Of a DNA stretch of 64,000 nucleotides, positions 20,989 through 30,509 are shown piece by piece. Position numbers and translations under genes: made by a program. The notes beneath the pieces were generated by a model. The model saw only the letters and a program-made list of their open reading frames with translations, made no database searches and had not been told where the DNA came from. The stretch lies in sequence record SRR2962707_543. One strand, written 5' to 3'. Positions within the stretch are counted from its first letter, which is position 1; every line of letters begins with the position of its first letter.

Positions 20989-21398
20989 TTCACATCCCCT
21001 TTTGATTGAGGGGTGCAAAGATCAGTAACAGCGCGCAAAGGGGCCTTGTTGTTCAGCCATTCCCTACTTGCTGTAAAAGTACACATAACACGTCCGTAAT
21101 TTTGGCTTGGTGAACGCCGCTTTTCCGTTCGCGAATAAGTGTATTTATACGTTAAATTCGCGGTTCAGCCGGTCGGGTTTCCAAGCATTTTTATCAGGTG
21201 CTTTAGCCAATTACGACAATGCAACCAAGCACTGCTATCCATATCAACTAGATCGCCGATTCCGTAAAGGCCAAAATCGGGAAGATCGTTAATCGATACG
21301 ATTGGATGACAGTTATTTGTCAGAGTTGCGTCCGTTGATTGACCAAGCGCTATTAGCGTGTCTATTTGAAGTTAAAGATGGTTAGATTGAGGCGAAAA

Positions 21399-22163
21399 GT
21401 GACAGAAATTCATCAATTCCCCTATTATAAAGATAATTACGGTTTTCTACTGCATGATGCGCAATCAGGCAAAACGGTCGCGATTGATGCTGGCGATCAT
21501 CAGCCCTATTTAGACGCGCTGTCTGAGCGCGGGTGGACGCTGGATGAGATATGGATCACGCATCACCATTGGGATCATACCGATGGTCTTGTCCCGCTGA
21601 AGGAAGCCACCGGCGCGAAGGTGTTTGGTCCGCGTGAGCGAAGCAAACCCATTAAGGGCATCGATGTCTATTTGGATGGCGGCGATCAGATTGAATTTGC
21701 TGGCCAGCCCGTCGATATTATTCATACGCCCGGTCACACGCTGGATATGATCAACTTTTACCTGCCGGAAGAAGGCATGATTTTTACCGGCGATACGTTG
21801 TTTACGATGGGGTGCGGGCGGCTGTTTGAAGACACACCTGTGCATATGTGGGAAAGTTTGGAAAAACTAATCGCGCTGCCGGATGACACCATTGTCTATG
21901 GTTCTCATGAATATACGCTCGCGAATGTGGCCTTTGCGCTGAGCTTAGAGCCGGACAATGAAGCTGTGATTGAACGTGCAAAAGAAGTTGAAATGCTGCG
22001 CGCTGCGGGAAGGCCAACGGTTCCAACTATTCTGGCTCAAGAGCGGCTTACAAACCCATTTATTCGTGCCAATGACTCGGTTTTGCGCAAGGCGCTGGGC
22101 ATGGAAAATGCGCAGGGTGCGACAATATTTACGGAGGTTCGGGCGAGGAAAGATAGCTTTTAG
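21399..22163 (+). CDS. gloB: Hydroxyacylglutathione hydrolase (glyoxalase II)
   Basis: DNY, THHHWDH, TPGHT, GDTLF..GCGRLFE, HEYT, TNPF, RKDSF motifs. Confidence 0.9.
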   Translation: MTEIHQFPYYKDNYGFLLHDAQSGKTVAIDAGDHQPYLDALSERGWTLDEIWITHHHWDHTDGLVPLKEATGAKVFGPRERSKPIKGIDVYLDGGDQIEFAGQPVDIIHTPGHTLDMINFYLPEEGMIFTGDTLFTMGCGRLFEDTPVHMWESLEKLIALPDDTIVYGSHEYTLANVAFALSLEPDNEAVIERAKEVEMLRAAGRPTVPTILAQERLTNPFIRANDSVLRKALGMENAQGATIFTEVRARKDSF

Positions 22164-22219
22164 GCTTCTTTAACGGCTTGAGCCGTGGCAAATTGGCGCA
22201 AAATCTGGGAAAAACACAA

Positions 22220-22633
22220 ATGACAAACGCCAAAGATAAAGGCGCAACCCACGCGGCAGGCATGAAAGTGCGGCGAAGCGTGCTCGGGGATGCGCATGTT
22301 GACCGTGCTCTTGCGAACACAACGCAATTTGATGAACCGTTTCAAGATTTAATTACAAATGCTGCTTGGGGAACCGTGTGGGCAAGCGATGGGATTAGTC
22401 GCCGCGAGCGCTCTATGGTCACGCTCGCGCTGCTCGCTGGCCTTGGAAATTTTGATGAAGTGGAAATGCACATACGCGCTACAGCTCATACAGGTGCGAG
22501 CGAAAGCGACATTATTGAAGTTTTTCAACATGTTGCAATCTATGCCGGTGTGCCGCGCGCCAATCATGCTTTGAAAATTGCAAAGCGGGTATTTGCTGAA
22601 ATGAAATCATCGGGGGAGGGAAACGATGACTGA
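22220..22633 (+). CDS. pcaC: 4-carboxymuconolactone decarboxylase
   Basis: [25 protein letters not shown] motifs. Confidence 0.92.
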   Translation: MTNAKDKGATHAAGMKVRRSVLGDAHVDRALANTTQFDEPFQDLITNAAWGTVWASDGISRRERSMVTLALLAGLGNFDEVEMHIRATAHTGASESDIIEVFQHVAIYAGVPRANHALKIAKRVFAEMKSSGEGNDD

Positions 22634-23360
22634 TACGAACCCGTTAGGCTTCCTGCCGCGCGATAAGGATGTTCATCCTAAGGCCTATACGCCCGCTTAC
22701 CGTTCGTCGATTTTTCGCTCGCCGCAGCACAAACTCATTACATTTCCCAATGGTTTAACTGAGGCAACGGGGCCAGTGTTTGGCCATGATATCCTCGGCG
22801 AACATGACAATGATCTGATCTTAAATTACGCAAAACCGGGCGAATTACCGATTGGTGAGCGCATCATTGTGCATGGCAAAATGCTCGATGAATTTGCGCG
22901 GCCTGTTGCGGGCGCGCTTGTTGAGTTTTGGCAAGCAAATGCGGGCGGTCGTTACCGCCATAAGAATGATAGCTATTTAGCGCCGCTCGACCCTAATTTT
23001 GGCGGTTGCGGGCGCACCATTACTGATGGCGATGGCAATTATAGCTTCCGCACAATTCGGCCTGGTCCTTACCCTTGGCCAAATGGTGGCAATGATTGGC
23101 GTCCTGCTCATATTCACTTTTCATTGTTTGGTAGCGGTTTTGCACAGCGCCTTATTACGCAGATGTATTTTGAAGGCGATCCGCACATCAAACTATGTCC
23201 GATTGTCAAAACCATCGGCGATGAAGCGGCAATTGATCGTCTTGTGGCGCGGCTTGATATGGAAAACACCATACCGATGGATATTCGCGCTTACCGTTTT
23301 GACATGGTGTTGCGCGGACCCAAATCCACTCTGTTTGAAAATAAATTGGAGGGCAATTAA
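22626..23360 (+). CDS. pcaH: Protocatechuate 3,4-dioxygenase beta subunit
   Basis: [17 protein letters not shown] and WRPAHIHF (iron ligands). Confidence 0.96.
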   Translation: MTDTNPLGFLPRDKDVHPKAYTPAYRSSIFRSPQHKLITFPNGLTEATGPVFGHDILGEHDNDLILNYAKPGELPIGERIIVHGKMLDEFARPVAGALVEFWQANAGGRYRHKNDSYLAPLDPNFGGCGRTITDGDGNYSFRTIRPGPYPWPNGGNDWRPAHIHFSLFGSGFAQRLITQMYFEGDPHIKLCPIVKTIGDEAAIDRLVARLDMENTIPMDIRAYRFDMVLRGPKSTLFENKLEGN

Positions 23361-23362
23361 TC

Positions 23363-23971
23363 ATGGAAAATAAGCTTCATGAAAGTGCCTCTCAGACAGC
23401 CGGCCCATACGTTCATATTGGATGCGTGCCGACATTTGCGGGACTTGAAAATATGTATGGCGGGGTCGACCTTGGCTCGTCCATGATTAATGAAGATACG
23501 CTTGGCGAGCGCGTTGTGATCGAAGGCCTTGTCTATGACGGCGACGGCGCGCTGGTCAAAGACGCAATGATTGAGATGTGGCAGGCCGATAGCAATGGCC
23601 TTTTTAACAGCCCAAGCGAAACAAGAGGCGAGGCTGATCCAAATTTTACTGGATGGGGCAGACAACCAACGAACCGCGAGACGGGTGTTTATCGCATTGA
23701 GACCATAAAGCCCGGCCGCGTGCCTTGGGTTGACGGTCAATTGCAAGCGCCGCATTTGGCGTTATGGATTACCGCGCGAGGTATTAATCTTGGCCTTCAT
23801 ACGCGGCTTTATTTTGACGATGAAAGCGCCGCCAATTCTGTGGATCCATTGTTGACGAAAGAGGGCGTTGCGGCGCGTGCTGATACGCTGATTGCTAAGC
23901 GTGATGGTGATGTTTATCGTTTTGTAATCCATTTGCAAGGCGACAAGGAAACCGTGTTCTTTGATGTTTAA
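23363..23971 (+). CDS. pcaG: Protocatechuate 3,4-dioxygenase alpha subunit
   Basis: SQTAGPYVHIG, ARGIN and ETVFFDV motifs. Confidence 0.96.
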   Translation: MENKLHESASQTAGPYVHIGCVPTFAGLENMYGGVDLGSSMINEDTLGERVVIEGLVYDGDGALVKDAMIEMWQADSNGLFNSPSETRGEADPNFTGWGRQPTNRETGVYRIETIKPGRVPWVDGQLQAPHLALWITARGINLGLHTRLYFDDESAANSVDPLLTKEGVAARADTLIAKRDGDVYRFVIHLQGDKETVFFDV

Positions 23972-23998
23972 TTTAACCGCCAGCCAAGGGATGCCGCT

Positions 23999-25060
23999 TT
24001 GAGCATATCAAGTTTCGACCATCCATTTTTGTCAGGTTTGCTGGGTGATGATGAAACGTCAGCGATACTAAGTGCTGACAATCAGCTTCAATTGATGCTG
24101 GAGGTCGAAGCGAGTTTTTCAAACGCTCTGGGTTTAGCGGGCAGCGTATCTGCGGAGATGGCCACAGCGGCGAGCGCTGCGATCTTGAAATCAAGTATCG
24201 ATGTTGAAACGCTCAAGCGCGATGTGGCATCAGATGGGGTCGTGGTTCCATCTCTCGTGCGGCAGATCAAAGCGCAATGCGATAGTAGTCTGCACGGCGC
24301 AATTCACAATGGCATGACATCGCAGGATGTCATTGATAATGCGTCTATTTTGGTTTTCAAACAACTGCTTCCGCTCTATCGCGCGCGACTTTCTGATTTG
24401 ATCGCTGTGCTAGAAAATGTGAACGCCAACTGCGGTTCCAGCACGATGATGGGCCGCACGCGGATGCAAGCGGCCAAAGAAATTTCGGCTCAAGACCGCA
24501 TCACTTCGTGGCTTCAGCCGCTCAAATCTCTGTTGGCTCGTTTGGACGATGTTGCGGCTTTAATGCTGCGTTTGCAGCTTGGCGGTGCCGTGGGCAATCG
24601 CGGTGAATTGGGCGAGAACGCTGATAAAATTGCCGCAGCGATGAGCGATGAATTAGGTCTTGCGGGTAGTGACCACGCTTGGCATAGCGACCGCACTGGC
24701 ATTGTCGATTTTGCCAATTGGCTTTCTATGTCGACGGGCGTGCTTGGTAAATTTGGCCAAGATGTGGCGCTGATGGCGCAGCAGGGCATTGATGACATCG
24801 AGTTATCTGGCGGCGGCGGTTCGTCGGCTATGCCGCATAAGAAAAATCCCGTTCTGGCTGAAACATTGGTTTCGATAGCGCATTACAATGCAACGCAGAT
24901 AAGCGCTATGCATCAAACGCTGATTCATGAGCAGGAGCGCTCAGGCGCGGCGTGGACCCTTGAATGGATGGTGTTGCCGCAGATGTGCCAAGCGACGGGC
25001 GCAGCGCTTAGCCGCGCATTAGATTTAGCCAGCAAAATTGAAGCAATCGGCAGGCCGTAA
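23999..25060 (+). CDS. pcaB: 3-carboxy-cis,cis-muconate cycloisomerase (short alphaproteobacterial form)
   Basis: TSQDVID, GRTRMQ, SSAMPHKKNP, HEQERSG motifs. Confidence 0.93.
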   Translation: MSISSFDHPFLSGLLGDDETSAILSADNQLQLMLEVEASFSNALGLAGSVSAEMATAASAAILKSSIDVETLKRDVASDGVVVPSLVRQIKAQCDSSLHGAIHNGMTSQDVIDNASILVFKQLLPLYRARLSDLIAVLENVNANCGSSTMMGRTRMQAAKEISAQDRITSWLQPLKSLLARLDDVAALMLRLQLGGAVGNRGELGENADKIAAAMSDELGLAGSDHAWHSDRTGIVDFANWLSMSTGVLGKFGQDVALMAQQGIDDIELSGGGGSSAMPHKKNPVLAETLVSIAHYNATQISAMHQTLIHEQERSGAAWTLEWMVLPQMCQATGAALSRALDLASKIEAIGRP

Positions 25061-25064
25061 CTGC

Positions 25065-25823
25065 CTAAGTCAATACGCGGCGCAAGCCATCTTGCACCTT
25101 CAATAAAGCAGGCAAATAGGTTTGTACCATCTCTTCTGGCTCTGATTGCACGGCGGCCATCCCTGTGTTCAGCGCTGCGATAATGTGGCCTCGCGCATTG
25201 TAAATTGGCACTGCGATGGAGCGAAGGCCTAGCTCTATTTCCTGATCATTAATGGCGTAGCCCTGCGTCCTCACTTGATCGATCTCAGCCATAATTTCTT
25301 GCGGTTGTGTGAGGGAATGGGGCGTGCGCGGCGTCAAATCAGACGCCTCGATGATCGCCATTGCCTCATCCCTTGGAAGCGCAGCCAGTAACACGCGGCC
25401 CATCGAGGTTGTATGGGCGGGAAGGCGTGAGCCAAGCCCCAGACCAATGGACATAACGCGGCGTTGCGCGGCGCGGGCCATATAGGCGATTTCAGTGCCA
25501 TCAAGAATTGAAGCTGAGCAGGACTGGCCAATTTGTTCTGACAGTTGATCGAGCCAAGGCTGAACGATTTGCGGAAAAGGAAGCGCCGCCAGCGCGCTCA
25601 TGCCAAGGCGCAAAACACGCGGTGTCAGCGTAAAAAACTTGCCATCATAATCGGCGTATCCAGCCGCGTGGAGCGTCAACAGGCACCGGCGCGCTGTTGC
25701 CCGATCAAGCCCCGTTGCTTCTGCCGCATCGGCGATCGCGAGCTTTGGCCTTTCGGCGCTAAAACATTCTAAAACGCGTAAGCCTTTAACAAGTGAGCCT
25801 ATTTGGTCTGATTTGTTCAACAT
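25065..25823 (-). CDS. pcaR: IclR-family regulator PcaR
   Basis: SLVKGLRVLECF, RATARRCLLTL, GSRLPAHTTSMGRVLLA motifs; divergent from pcaIJF. Confidence 0.9.
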   Translation of the reverse strand: MLNKSDQIGSLVKGLRVLECFSAERPKLAIADAAEATGLDRATARRCLLTLHAAGYADYDGKFFTLTPRVLRLGMSALAALPFPQIVQPWLDQLSEQIGQSCSASILDGTEIAYMARAAQRRVMSIGLGLGSRLPAHTTSMGRVLLAALPRDEAMAIIEASDLTPRTPHSLTQPQEIMAEIDQVRTQGYAINDQEIELGLRSIAVPIYNARGHIIAALNTGMAAVQSEPEEMVQTYLPALLKVQDGLRRVLT

Positions 25824-25871
25824 GCGAACGATTTGCTCTAATATTTGAACAAATGTCAATATGCGAACAAA
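25812..25871. promoter_or_regulatory. Three PcaR/PobR-type operator sites
   Basis: TTTGTTCAACATGCGAACG, TTTGCTCTAATATTTGAACAAA and TGTCAATATGCGAACAAA resemble the PcaR/PobR operator core. Confidence 0.75.
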
Positions 25872-25938
25872 TATGATTGCATTGCGGCTGTTCCCGTTAG
25901 ATCAATAGGAACAGGCTCTGCATTTGGGAAAGATCTAA

Positions 25939-26646
25939 ATGGACAAAACAATTAAAACAATCAAAGCGGCGGTTGCCGATATCGGTGACGGCGCAACTGT
26001 GATGATTGGTGGCTTTGGCGGCTCCGGTGCGCCGATTGAACTGATCCATGCGCTGATTGATAAAGCGCCGCGCAATCTAACGCTGATCAACAACAACGCT
26101 GGTAACGGCGATGTTGGTCTTGCCGCGCTGATCCGCGAAGGGTTGGTTGCTAAAATCATATGTTCATTCCCGCGCTCTGCCGATCCGCGTCATTTTACTG
26201 AGGCCTATCTTGCCGGTAAAATTGAGCTTGAGATCGTGCCGCAGGGTACGCTTGGCGAACGCATTCGCGCAGGCGGTGCGGGTATTCCAGCGTTTTATAC
26301 GCCGACCAGCGTTGGCACTGATGTGGCCAAGGGAAAGCCGACTGAGGTTTTTGAAGGACGCACGTATGTTCAAGAACGCTGGTTGAAGGCCGATTTTGCT
26401 ATCATCAAGGCTGAACTGGGCGATGCCATGGGCAATCTGACATACCGCATGGCTGGGCGTAATTTTAACCCGCTTATGGCGATGGCAGCGACACAAACAA
26501 TCGCGCAAGTTTCTTCCATCGTTCCACTGGGTGGCATTGATCCGGAACACGTGGTCACGCCCGGTATTTTCGTGGATGCAGTGGTGGAAGTTTCCAACCC
26601 TGCGCAAGAAGAAGTTCTCAACCGGCAGGGAGCGGTTTACCCATGA
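25939..26646 (+). CDS. pcaI: 3-oxoadipate CoA-transferase subunit A
   Basis: GGFGGSG, NNNAGNG, CSFPR, PQGTLGERIRA motifs; context with pcaR and pcaF. Confidence 0.9.
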   Translation: MDKTIKTIKAAVADIGDGATVMIGGFGGSGAPIELIHALIDKAPRNLTLINNNAGNGDVGLAALIREGLVAKIICSFPRSADPRHFTEAYLAGKIELEIVPQGTLGERIRAGGAGIPAFYTPTSVGTDVAKGKPTEVFEGRTYVQERWLKADFAIIKAELGDAMGNLTYRMAGRNFNPLMAMAATQTIAQVSSIVPLGGIDPEHVVTPGIFVDAVVEVSNPAQEEVLNRQGAVYP

Positions 26647-27329
26647 GCGATTTCATGAATACAGCAAAACTCACCAATGAGCAGATCGCTTGGCGCGCGG
26701 CGCAAGACATTCAGGATGGCGCCTATGTCAATTTGGGTATTGGCTTTCCTGAAATGGTGGCCAAGTTTCAACCAGAGGGGCATCAGGCAATTTTCCATAC
26801 GGAAAATGGTGTGCTTGGCTTTGGCGAAGCGCCGAAAGAGGGCGAAGAAGACTGGGATTTGATCAACGCCGGTAAAAAGGCGATTACGCTTAATCTCGGT
26901 GCTGCATTCTTTCATCATGCTGATAGCTTCGCGATGGTGCGCGGCGGCCATTTGGATGTTGCTATTTTGGGTGCTTATCAAGTAGCGCAAAATGGTGACT
27001 TGGCCAATTGGTCAACAGGCAAAGGCGGCATACCAGCGGTTGGCGGCGCAATGGATCTCGTTCACGGCGCAAAGCGCGTGGCGGTTATCACCGAACATGT
27101 GACGAAAAAAGGCGAACCGAAATTGCTTGATCAATGCACCATGCCGCTTACTGGTGTTGGCTGTGTTTCGCGCATTTATACATCGCTTGCGGTGATTGAT
27201 ATTGAAGAGGGGCACTTTGTGCTTCGCGAAAAATTAGCGCAAATTTCATTTGATGAATTGCAAGCGCTCACCGGTGCAACGCTTCACATTGACGGTGATG
27301 TCGGCACACTCATTGCCGCAGCGCTCTAG
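26643..27329 (+). CDS. pcaJ: 3-oxoadipate CoA-transferase subunit B
   Basis: YVNLGIGFP, HTENG, PAVGGAMDL motifs; ATGA overlap with pcaI. Confidence 0.9.
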   Translation: MSDFMNTAKLTNEQIAWRAAQDIQDGAYVNLGIGFPEMVAKFQPEGHQAIFHTENGVLGFGEAPKEGEEDWDLINAGKKAITLNLGAAFFHHADSFAMVRGGHLDVAILGAYQVAQNGDLANWSTGKGGIPAVGGAMDLVHGAKRVAVITEHVTKKGEPKLLDQCTMPLTGVGCVSRIYTSLAVIDIEEGHFVLREKLAQISFDELQALTGATLHIDGDVGTLIAAAL

Positions 27330-27338
27330 GAGATAAAA

Positions 27339-28541
27339 ATGGTTGATGCCTTTATATGTGATTATGTGCGCACGCCGATTGGCCGTTTTGGCGGAGCATT
27401 AGCCTCTGTTCGCGCCGATGATCTTGGCGCTATTCCGCTCAAAGCGCTCATGGAGCGCAATAGCGCGATGGATTTTGATGCGATTGATGATATTATCTTT
27501 GGCTGCGCTAACCAAGCTGGCGAGGACAATCGCAATGTGGCGCGGATGTCGCTGTTGCTGGCGGGCATTGATAAAAGAGTATCAGGCGCAACGGTAAACC
27601 GGCTTTGTGGCTCGGGCATGAATGCGGTGATTGATGCTGCACGAATGATCAAAGCGGGCGAAGCTGATTTGGTGATTGCGGGCGGTGTTGAATCGATGAG
27701 CCGCGCGCCATTTGTGATGCCAAAAGCTGAAAGCGCCTATTCGCGCAGTGCTGAAATCTACGACACGACGATTGGCTGGCGGTTTGTTAATCCGCTGATG
27801 AAGGCCCAATATGGCGTGGATTCGATGCCTGAAACAGGCGAAAATGTTGCTGAAGAATTTAACATTTCGCGTGAAGATCAGGATATCTTTGCATTAGCGA
27901 GCCAGACAAAGGCCGCGACCGCGCAAGCCAAGGGTCGCTTGGCCAAAGAGATTACGCCGGTCATTATTCCGCAGCGCAAAGGCGATCCAATTATCGTGGA
28001 CCGTGATGAGCATCCCCGTGCGACAACCATTGAAGCATTGGCAAACTTACGCACGCCGTTCCGCGAAAATGGGTCTGTGACGGCGGGCAACGCGTCAGGC
28101 GTCAATGATGGCGCGGCTGCGCTCATCATCGCGTCAGAAGCTGCAGCAGAAAAACATGGGCTAACGCCGCTTATCCGCATTATTGGCGGTGCGGCGGCAG
28201 GTGTTGCCCCGCGCATTATGGGCTTTGGACCGGCACCTGCTGCGCAAAAGCTGATGGCGCGGCATAATCTGACCATAGAGCAGTTTGATGTGATTGAGCT
28301 TAACGAAGCATTTGCGAGCCAAGGCTTGGCGACCATGCGTGCGCTTGGGATTGCGGACAACGATAGCCGCGTTAATCCAAATGGCGGCGCAATCGCACTT
28401 GGTCATCCGCTCGGCATGTCGGGCGCGCGCATAACAGGCACGGCTGCGCTGGAGCTTCAGCTGAGTGCAGGGCGCTATGGTTTGGCCATGATGTGCATCG
28501 GCGTGGGGCAGGGCATCGCAATAGCGCTTGAACGCGTTTAA
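27339..28541 (+). CDS. pcaF: 3-oxoadipyl-CoA thiolase
   Basis: ANQAGEDNRNVARM, NRLCGSG, DTTIGWRF, GHPLG, CIGVGQG motifs. Confidence 0.94.
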   Translation: MVDAFICDYVRTPIGRFGGALASVRADDLGAIPLKALMERNSAMDFDAIDDIIFGCANQAGEDNRNVARMSLLLAGIDKRVSGATVNRLCGSGMNAVIDAARMIKAGEADLVIAGGVESMSRAPFVMPKAESAYSRSAEIYDTTIGWRFVNPLMKAQYGVDSMPETGENVAEEFNISREDQDIFALASQTKAATAQAKGRLAKEITPVIIPQRKGDPIIVDRDEHPRATTIEALANLRTPFRENGSVTAGNASGVNDGAAALIIASEAAAEKHGLTPLIRIIGGAAAGVAPRIMGFGPAPAAQKLMARHNLTIEQFDVIELNEAFASQGLATMRALGIADNDSRVNPNGGAIALGHPLGMSGARITGTAALELQLSAGRYGLAMMCIGVGQGIAIALERV

Positions 28542-28558
28542 TCTTCCCAAGATGAACT

Positions 28559-28589
28559 AAAAATAGTGGCCCTAGGCCGCTATTTTTTT
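28559..28589. terminator. Bidirectional intrinsic terminator
   Basis: AAAAATAGTGGCC-CTA-GGCCGCTATTTTTTT between convergent pcaF and dctM. Confidence 0.8.
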
Positions 28590-28612
28590 GTCTATCTATC
28601 GGCGATTTACGC

Positions 28613-29935
28613 TCAATAAATGGCCCAGACGAGCGCCAATGTGATGGATGGAAAGAGCGTTAGAATGATCACGCGCACAATATCGGTCACCACGAATGGA
28701 AGCGCGCCTTTAAAGGTTTCGCCGATCGGAATGTCTTTTGCCATATTGTTGATGATGTAGAGGTTCATGCCGACAGGCGGCGTGATGAGGCCCACTTCAA
28801 CAACAATCAATACGAGAATGCCAAACCATAGACCGAAATCTTCAACGGGGATGCCAAAGTCCAGTGCCAACATGATTGGGTAAATGATCGGGACGGTTAG
28901 CAAAACCATGGACAGTGAATCCATGATGCAGCCAAAGGCCAGATACATAATCAACACAATTGTAAGCACCATCCAAGGCGAAAAGCCTTGTTCTCCCACC
29001 CAGATTGCGCCTGTCTGTGGCAGCTGCGTCAGGGCAAGGAAGCTGTTGAAGAGGCTTGCGCCTAGAATGATCAAGAAGATCATCGCTGTTGAACTTGCCG
29101 TTGTTAGAATGGCTTGTTTGAGCTTATCCCAACTCATTTGACCAGACAGGACAGAGGCGATGCCTGTGCCTGCGCAGCCGACAGCTGCTGCTTCTGTTGG
29201 GGTAAAGATACCGGCGTAAATGCCACCAACAACAACAAGGAAAATGGTAAGGACCGGCCAAACGGTCGCTAAGGCCACCATGCGCTTTGCCCATGGCACG
29301 CGGTCGCGAACCGCGGCTGAATTGGGCGCTAGATGTACCCAGATGGAAATTGCAATCATATAGCCGATGGCAGCTAGAATGCCAGGCAGCATAGCAGCAA
29401 CAAAGAGTTTAGCGATGTTCTGTTCGGTTAAAATTGCATAGATCACCAAGATGACGGACGGGGGTATCAAAATGCCCAATGTTCCGCCTGCCGCTAATGC
29501 GCCTGTTGCCAGTGATCCTGGATAACCATAACGCTTGAGCTCGGGCAGGGCGACTTGCCCCATGGTGGCAGCGGTTGCCAGTGATGAGCCGCAAATTGCG
29601 CCAAAACCGGCACAGGCACCAATTGCCGACATGGCAACGCCGCCCTTGCGGTGTCCTAGAAAACTCTCTGCAGCTTTAAACAGCGATGCAGACATGCCGG
29701 AAAGCGTCGCAAATTGCCCCATAAGCAGGAACAAAGGAATAATTGAAAAAGAGTAATTCGAAAAAAGGCCATAGGTGACGTTTTTCAATTGGCTCAGCAT
29801 GAAATTTGGCGAACCGGTCACCAGATACACACCGCCGAATCCAATAGTGAGCATTGCGACGGCAATGGGTATGCGCAGGAATATTAGCGCCAAAAGAACC
29901 GGAAACGACCAGAGTGCGAGTTCGATGTTAGACAT
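28613..29935 (-). CDS. TRAP transporter large permease (DctM)
   Basis: IPLFLLMG, CGSSLATAA, GGTLGILIPPS, ITPPVG motifs. Confidence 0.93.
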   Translation of the reverse strand: MSNIELALWSFPVLLALIFLRIPIAVAMLTIGFGGVYLVTGSPNFMLSQLKNVTYGLFSNYSFSIIPLFLLMGQFATLSGMSASLFKAAESFLGHRKGGVAMSAIGACAGFGAICGSSLATAATMGQVALPELKRYGYPGSLATGALAAGGTLGILIPPSVILVIYAILTEQNIAKLFVAAMLPGILAAIGYMIAISIWVHLAPNSAAVRDRVPWAKRMVALATVWPVLTIFLVVVGGIYAGIFTPTEAAAVGCAGTGIASVLSGQMSWDKLKQAILTTASSTAMIFLIILGASLFNSFLALTQLPQTGAIWVGEQGFSPWMVLTIVLIMYLAFGCIMDSLSMVLLTVPIIYPIMLALDFGIPVEDFGLWFGILVLIVVEVGLITPPVGMNLYIINNMAKDIPIGETFKGALPFVVTDIVRVIILTLFPSITLALVWAIY

Positions 29936-30506
29936 TGAGCGCCTCTTGATCTGATGAAGTGAATAGCGCTTTTAGTGAGCGCAAGACGCAAAATATGGCA
30001 ACGTAAACAAAGGCAGCAGCGCCGATCATGCCAGCCGCGTAGCCTATCCAAATTGGATATTGCAGGATGAAGGTTGTCTCGCCGTAACTGTGTTTGTCTA
30101 ACATACCCACCCATAGGCGCCATGTTAGGATGGTCGCGACTGCGAGCATAAGCAAGTCTGAAATGACATCAAGAATACGGTTAAACCCAGCTGAAAAATT
30201 GTTTGTGAACAAGTCCACTGTCGCGTGGCCTCGGCGTAAATGACAAAGCGGTAAAAAGCAGAAGATCGCAAATCCAACGCCCAATTCTATCAATTCAAAG
30301 TCGCCTTTGATTGGGGATAGGCCAAAGGAAATGAGCGCTCTGCCAGAAATAGAAATACACGTCATTATCACCAATGCAACGAGGACAAACCCACCAGCAA
30401 AAGCTGTATAACACGAGATACGATCTGCCGTGCGCGACAAGAAATTGTACAAATTATTGCTCCTAATGGGAGAAGTCGGGCCAGATATGATCTGGCCCGA
30501 TAGCAA
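29928..30506 (-). CDS. TRAP transporter small permease (DctQ)
   Basis: Four TM segments, GHATVD motif; lies between dctP and dctM. Confidence 0.88.
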   Translation of the reverse strand: MLSGQIISGPTSPIRSNNLYNFLSRTADRISCYTAFAGGFVLVALVIMTCISISGRALISFGLSPIKGDFELIELGVGFAIFCFLPLCHLRRGHATVDLFTNNFSAGFNRILDVISDLLMLAVATILTWRLWVGMLDKHSYGETTFILQYPIWIGYAAGMIGAAAFVYVAIFCVLRSLKALFTSSDQEALNV

Positions 30507-30509
30507 TGA

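Noticed and set aside
21022-21024. In-frame TGA upstream of sulP followed by a hairpin (selenocysteine read-through idea)
   Set aside because: No selenoprotein-like context and no sel genes in the window; the hairpin is better explained as SD pairing.
21107-21292. 61-aa ORF in the sulP/gloB intergenic region
   Set aside because: No clear RBS or motif; cannot be supported as a gene.
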